A stretch of DNA of 63,524 nt, the filler included, from Craspedostauros australis (lineage: Eukaryota): the NCBI GenBank assembly GCA_030167865.1. It is 19 parts of 19 records of this genome, joined end to end, with 100 filler letters (N's around TTAATTAATTAA, not from the genome) between each part and the next. Parts side by side here need not be neighbours in the genome. Positions count along the whole stretch, not along the records: positions 60,711 to 61,911 come from JALAGF010000694.1; positions 62,012 to 63,524 come from JALAGF010000695.1; 17 more parts are not named here. One strand, given 5' to 3'. The translations under genes and the position numbers were made by a program. Below, one piece after another: positions 61,328-63,524 of the stretch (position 1 is the first letter of the stretch; each line of letters begins with the position of its first letter). The notes under the pieces were generated by a model. The model saw only the letters and a list, made by a program, of their open reading frames with translations. It had not been told where the DNA came from and did not search any database.

Positions 61328-61911
61328 GCCTGATGGATGTGATGTGATCTGGAGTGGATAGGCGTTCAGATGCGAGAGACCTATGGATGTGATTCAATCT
61401 GGAGCGGATGGGCGTTGAGACGCGAGAGACCGATGGGTGTGATGTGATCTGGAGCGGATTCTCGTTCAGGTGGGAGAGACCGATGGGTGTGATGTGATGT
61501 GGAGCGGATGGTCGTCCAGGTGCGAGAGACCATTGGGTGTGATGCGATCTGGAGCGGATGGGTGTTCAGATGCGAGAGACCAATGGGTGTGATGCGATCT
61601 GGAGCGGATGGTCGTCCAGGTGCAATCGACCAATGGGTGTGATGCGATCTGGAGCGGATTCTCGTCCAGGTGCAATCGACCAATGGGTGTGATGCGATCT
61701 TGACTGGATGGTCGTCCAGGTGCAATTGGCCAATGGGTGTGATGCGATCTGGAGCGGATTCTCGTTGAGATGGGAGAGACCAATGGGTGTGATGCGATCT
61801 GGAGCAGATGGTCGTCCAGGTGCGAGAGACCAATGGGTGTGATGCGATCTGGAGCGGATGGTCGTCCAGGTGCAATTGACCATTGGGTGTGATGCGATCT
61901 GGAGCGGATTC
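61328..61911 (+). repeat. 50-bp minisatellite, about 11-12 units, running off the scaffold
   Basis: Unit GACCAATGGGTGTGATGCGATCTGGAGCGGATGGTCGTCCAGGTGCGAGA recurs at 50-nt spacing (e.g. 61578, 61628, 61678). Confidence 0.95.
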
Positions 61912-63524
61912 NNNNNNNNNNNNNNNNNNNNNNNNNNNNNNNNNNNNNNNNNNNNTTAATTAATTAANNNNNNNNNNNNNNNNNNNNNNNNNNNNNNNNN
62001 NNNNNNNNNNNCGTTTCTCTTTCTCAGAGAAGCGATCCCTTGTCCGTCGATGCGCATCGACTTGTCTGATATATATCGACAGATTCGCCCATAGTCTTGG
62101 CTCATGTGCGAATACATCCCTAGAGGTCGACCCATAGGTTCGCCCTCATCACAGCGGTGGTACATGGATAGGCTCCATGGTGGGACATGACTGATGTTGA
62201 TATCATTCATGAACAGAGGGTTGATGGGAGACAGGCTGCAAGGTGGTCCGAGTGTTACCAACGAAGTTGACCTTGTCGAGTTGTGAAGATATTATTGGGA
62301 GGTGCGGCAATCATGGGTATCTTGGTAAAAGCGTACCCCCGATTCCTGACAGGTAATTGTACGAGGCTTGTTTGAGACACGCACGAAAGAAGACCATGTG
62401 TGGCACATGTATCTCCGCCACTGTTTTACAACCCTTTGTCAAGTCCATAGACATCCACATGTTCCACACACAGGATCCAAGCCACATCTTCGACGGCCGA
62501 GGTCTGTCCGTCGATTGGTGATACACGACCAATGTCGCAACAACCAACCATCAACAGGCACGATGTGACACCAACACGGACAACCAGCACAAGGATGCCA
62601 CACAACAACATGAAGAAAGACGAAGAGAAATGATGCAGGTAGACGCTCTCTAGACGCAAACCGCTGCAATGTAAATGTCAAAATAATGATGATACGATGA
62701 CAATCAAAGTGTATCTACCACCAATTCTGATGTATTTTCATACGACGAATACGGTGGATCAATTGCCATTGGAATCGAAGCATTGTGTGCAATAGTATAA
62801 AATGCGCGCTCACATCAAGTGCTGCATGAGTGCGCTTCAATTTTGGCACTAGCATGTAAAGCACAGGAACCAGAAGTGAATTTGCGGTTGCAACGTCCGT
62901 ATGCATCGCGTAGAGCAAAAACCGTGTTGTTTTCACGCAGTGGGGTGTCATGTTTGCGTTGGGGTCTGTTTTTTTGGGATTTTGACCCCCCCCCTGAGGG
63001 GCCGGAATTCTGCCTTTAAAGGCATTTTTGGCCCTCTGCGAACCCCCCGATCTGCCTTTAAAAGCAGGCGCACTAAGAACGCCGTGAAACAAAACTCACC
63101 ATGGATATCACATGTAAAATGAAGCCACCCCTGGAACCTGTCGTGGTGACAACCAGTGGGGAGCTCTCCCCAAATGTTCGCGTTCGCGTTGGATCTTGGA
63201 GGGACTGAAATAATCAANNNNNNNNNNNNNNNNNNNNNNNNNNNNNNNNNNNNNNNNNNNNNNNNNNNNNNNNNNNNNNNNNNNNNNNNNNNNNNNNNNN
63301 NNNNNNNNNNNNNNNNNNNNNNNNNTTGTTTCCATTCACAGCAAACAAAAATGAATGCTCAACGCTTCCACATGCATGTTCGTGCTTGTTGGTATCACTG
63401 CCTACTGTTCCGTTTCAGTGTTTCTGTCATACAGGTCATGTGTAGCACTTGCCTTGCATGTGTTCCCACTCTAGATTTCCCCAAAGCACAGCCCCAACCC
63501 TCCTCCATCCCCAGACCGCTGCCG

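Noticed and set aside
61328..61911. CRISPR array
   Set aside because: The 'spacers' are ~18-nt variants of one sequence, there are no cas genes and the context is eukaryotic.
8003..62011. Regularly recurring TTAATTAATTAA as a biological repeat or piggyBac TTAA sites; gene clustering across the window
   Set aside because: Always centred in 44+44 N; it is an assembly linker, so neighbours across it are unrelated.

Overview
Eukaryotic DNA, most likely a pennate diatom, judged from gene families, short GT-AG introns and CoDi-type Copia pieces; the species cannot be fixed from sequence alone. The window is not a contiguous locus: 18 artificial 100-nt linkers (44 N + TTAATTAATTAA + 44 N) join 19 small unplaced scaffolds, so adjacency across linkers means nothing. 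Host-type genes: a membrane LRR protein, RNase H2 subunit C, a >1250-aa ankyrin protein, two AAA/STAND-type ATPase paralogs, an SRPBCC-like protein, two secreted Cys-rich proteins, a 98-aa four-repeat microprotein and a TYW3 copy broken by two TGA codons. Mobile DNA: two Copia pol fragments, a ~0.8-kb LTR family, two pieces of Sola3-like transposase, LINE remnants, a possible Helitron-like tandem repeat, a tRNA-derived element and a 50-bp minisatellite. The best candidate for a little-described system is a fully bounded 3.55-kb DNA transposon (2600-6149; second copy 53747-56518). It has ATAT flanks, terminal and subterminal inverted repeats, and a spliced piggyBac-like DDE transposase carrying YqaJ/lambda-exonuclease motifs. 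All family calls come from reading motifs by eye; no database search was run.
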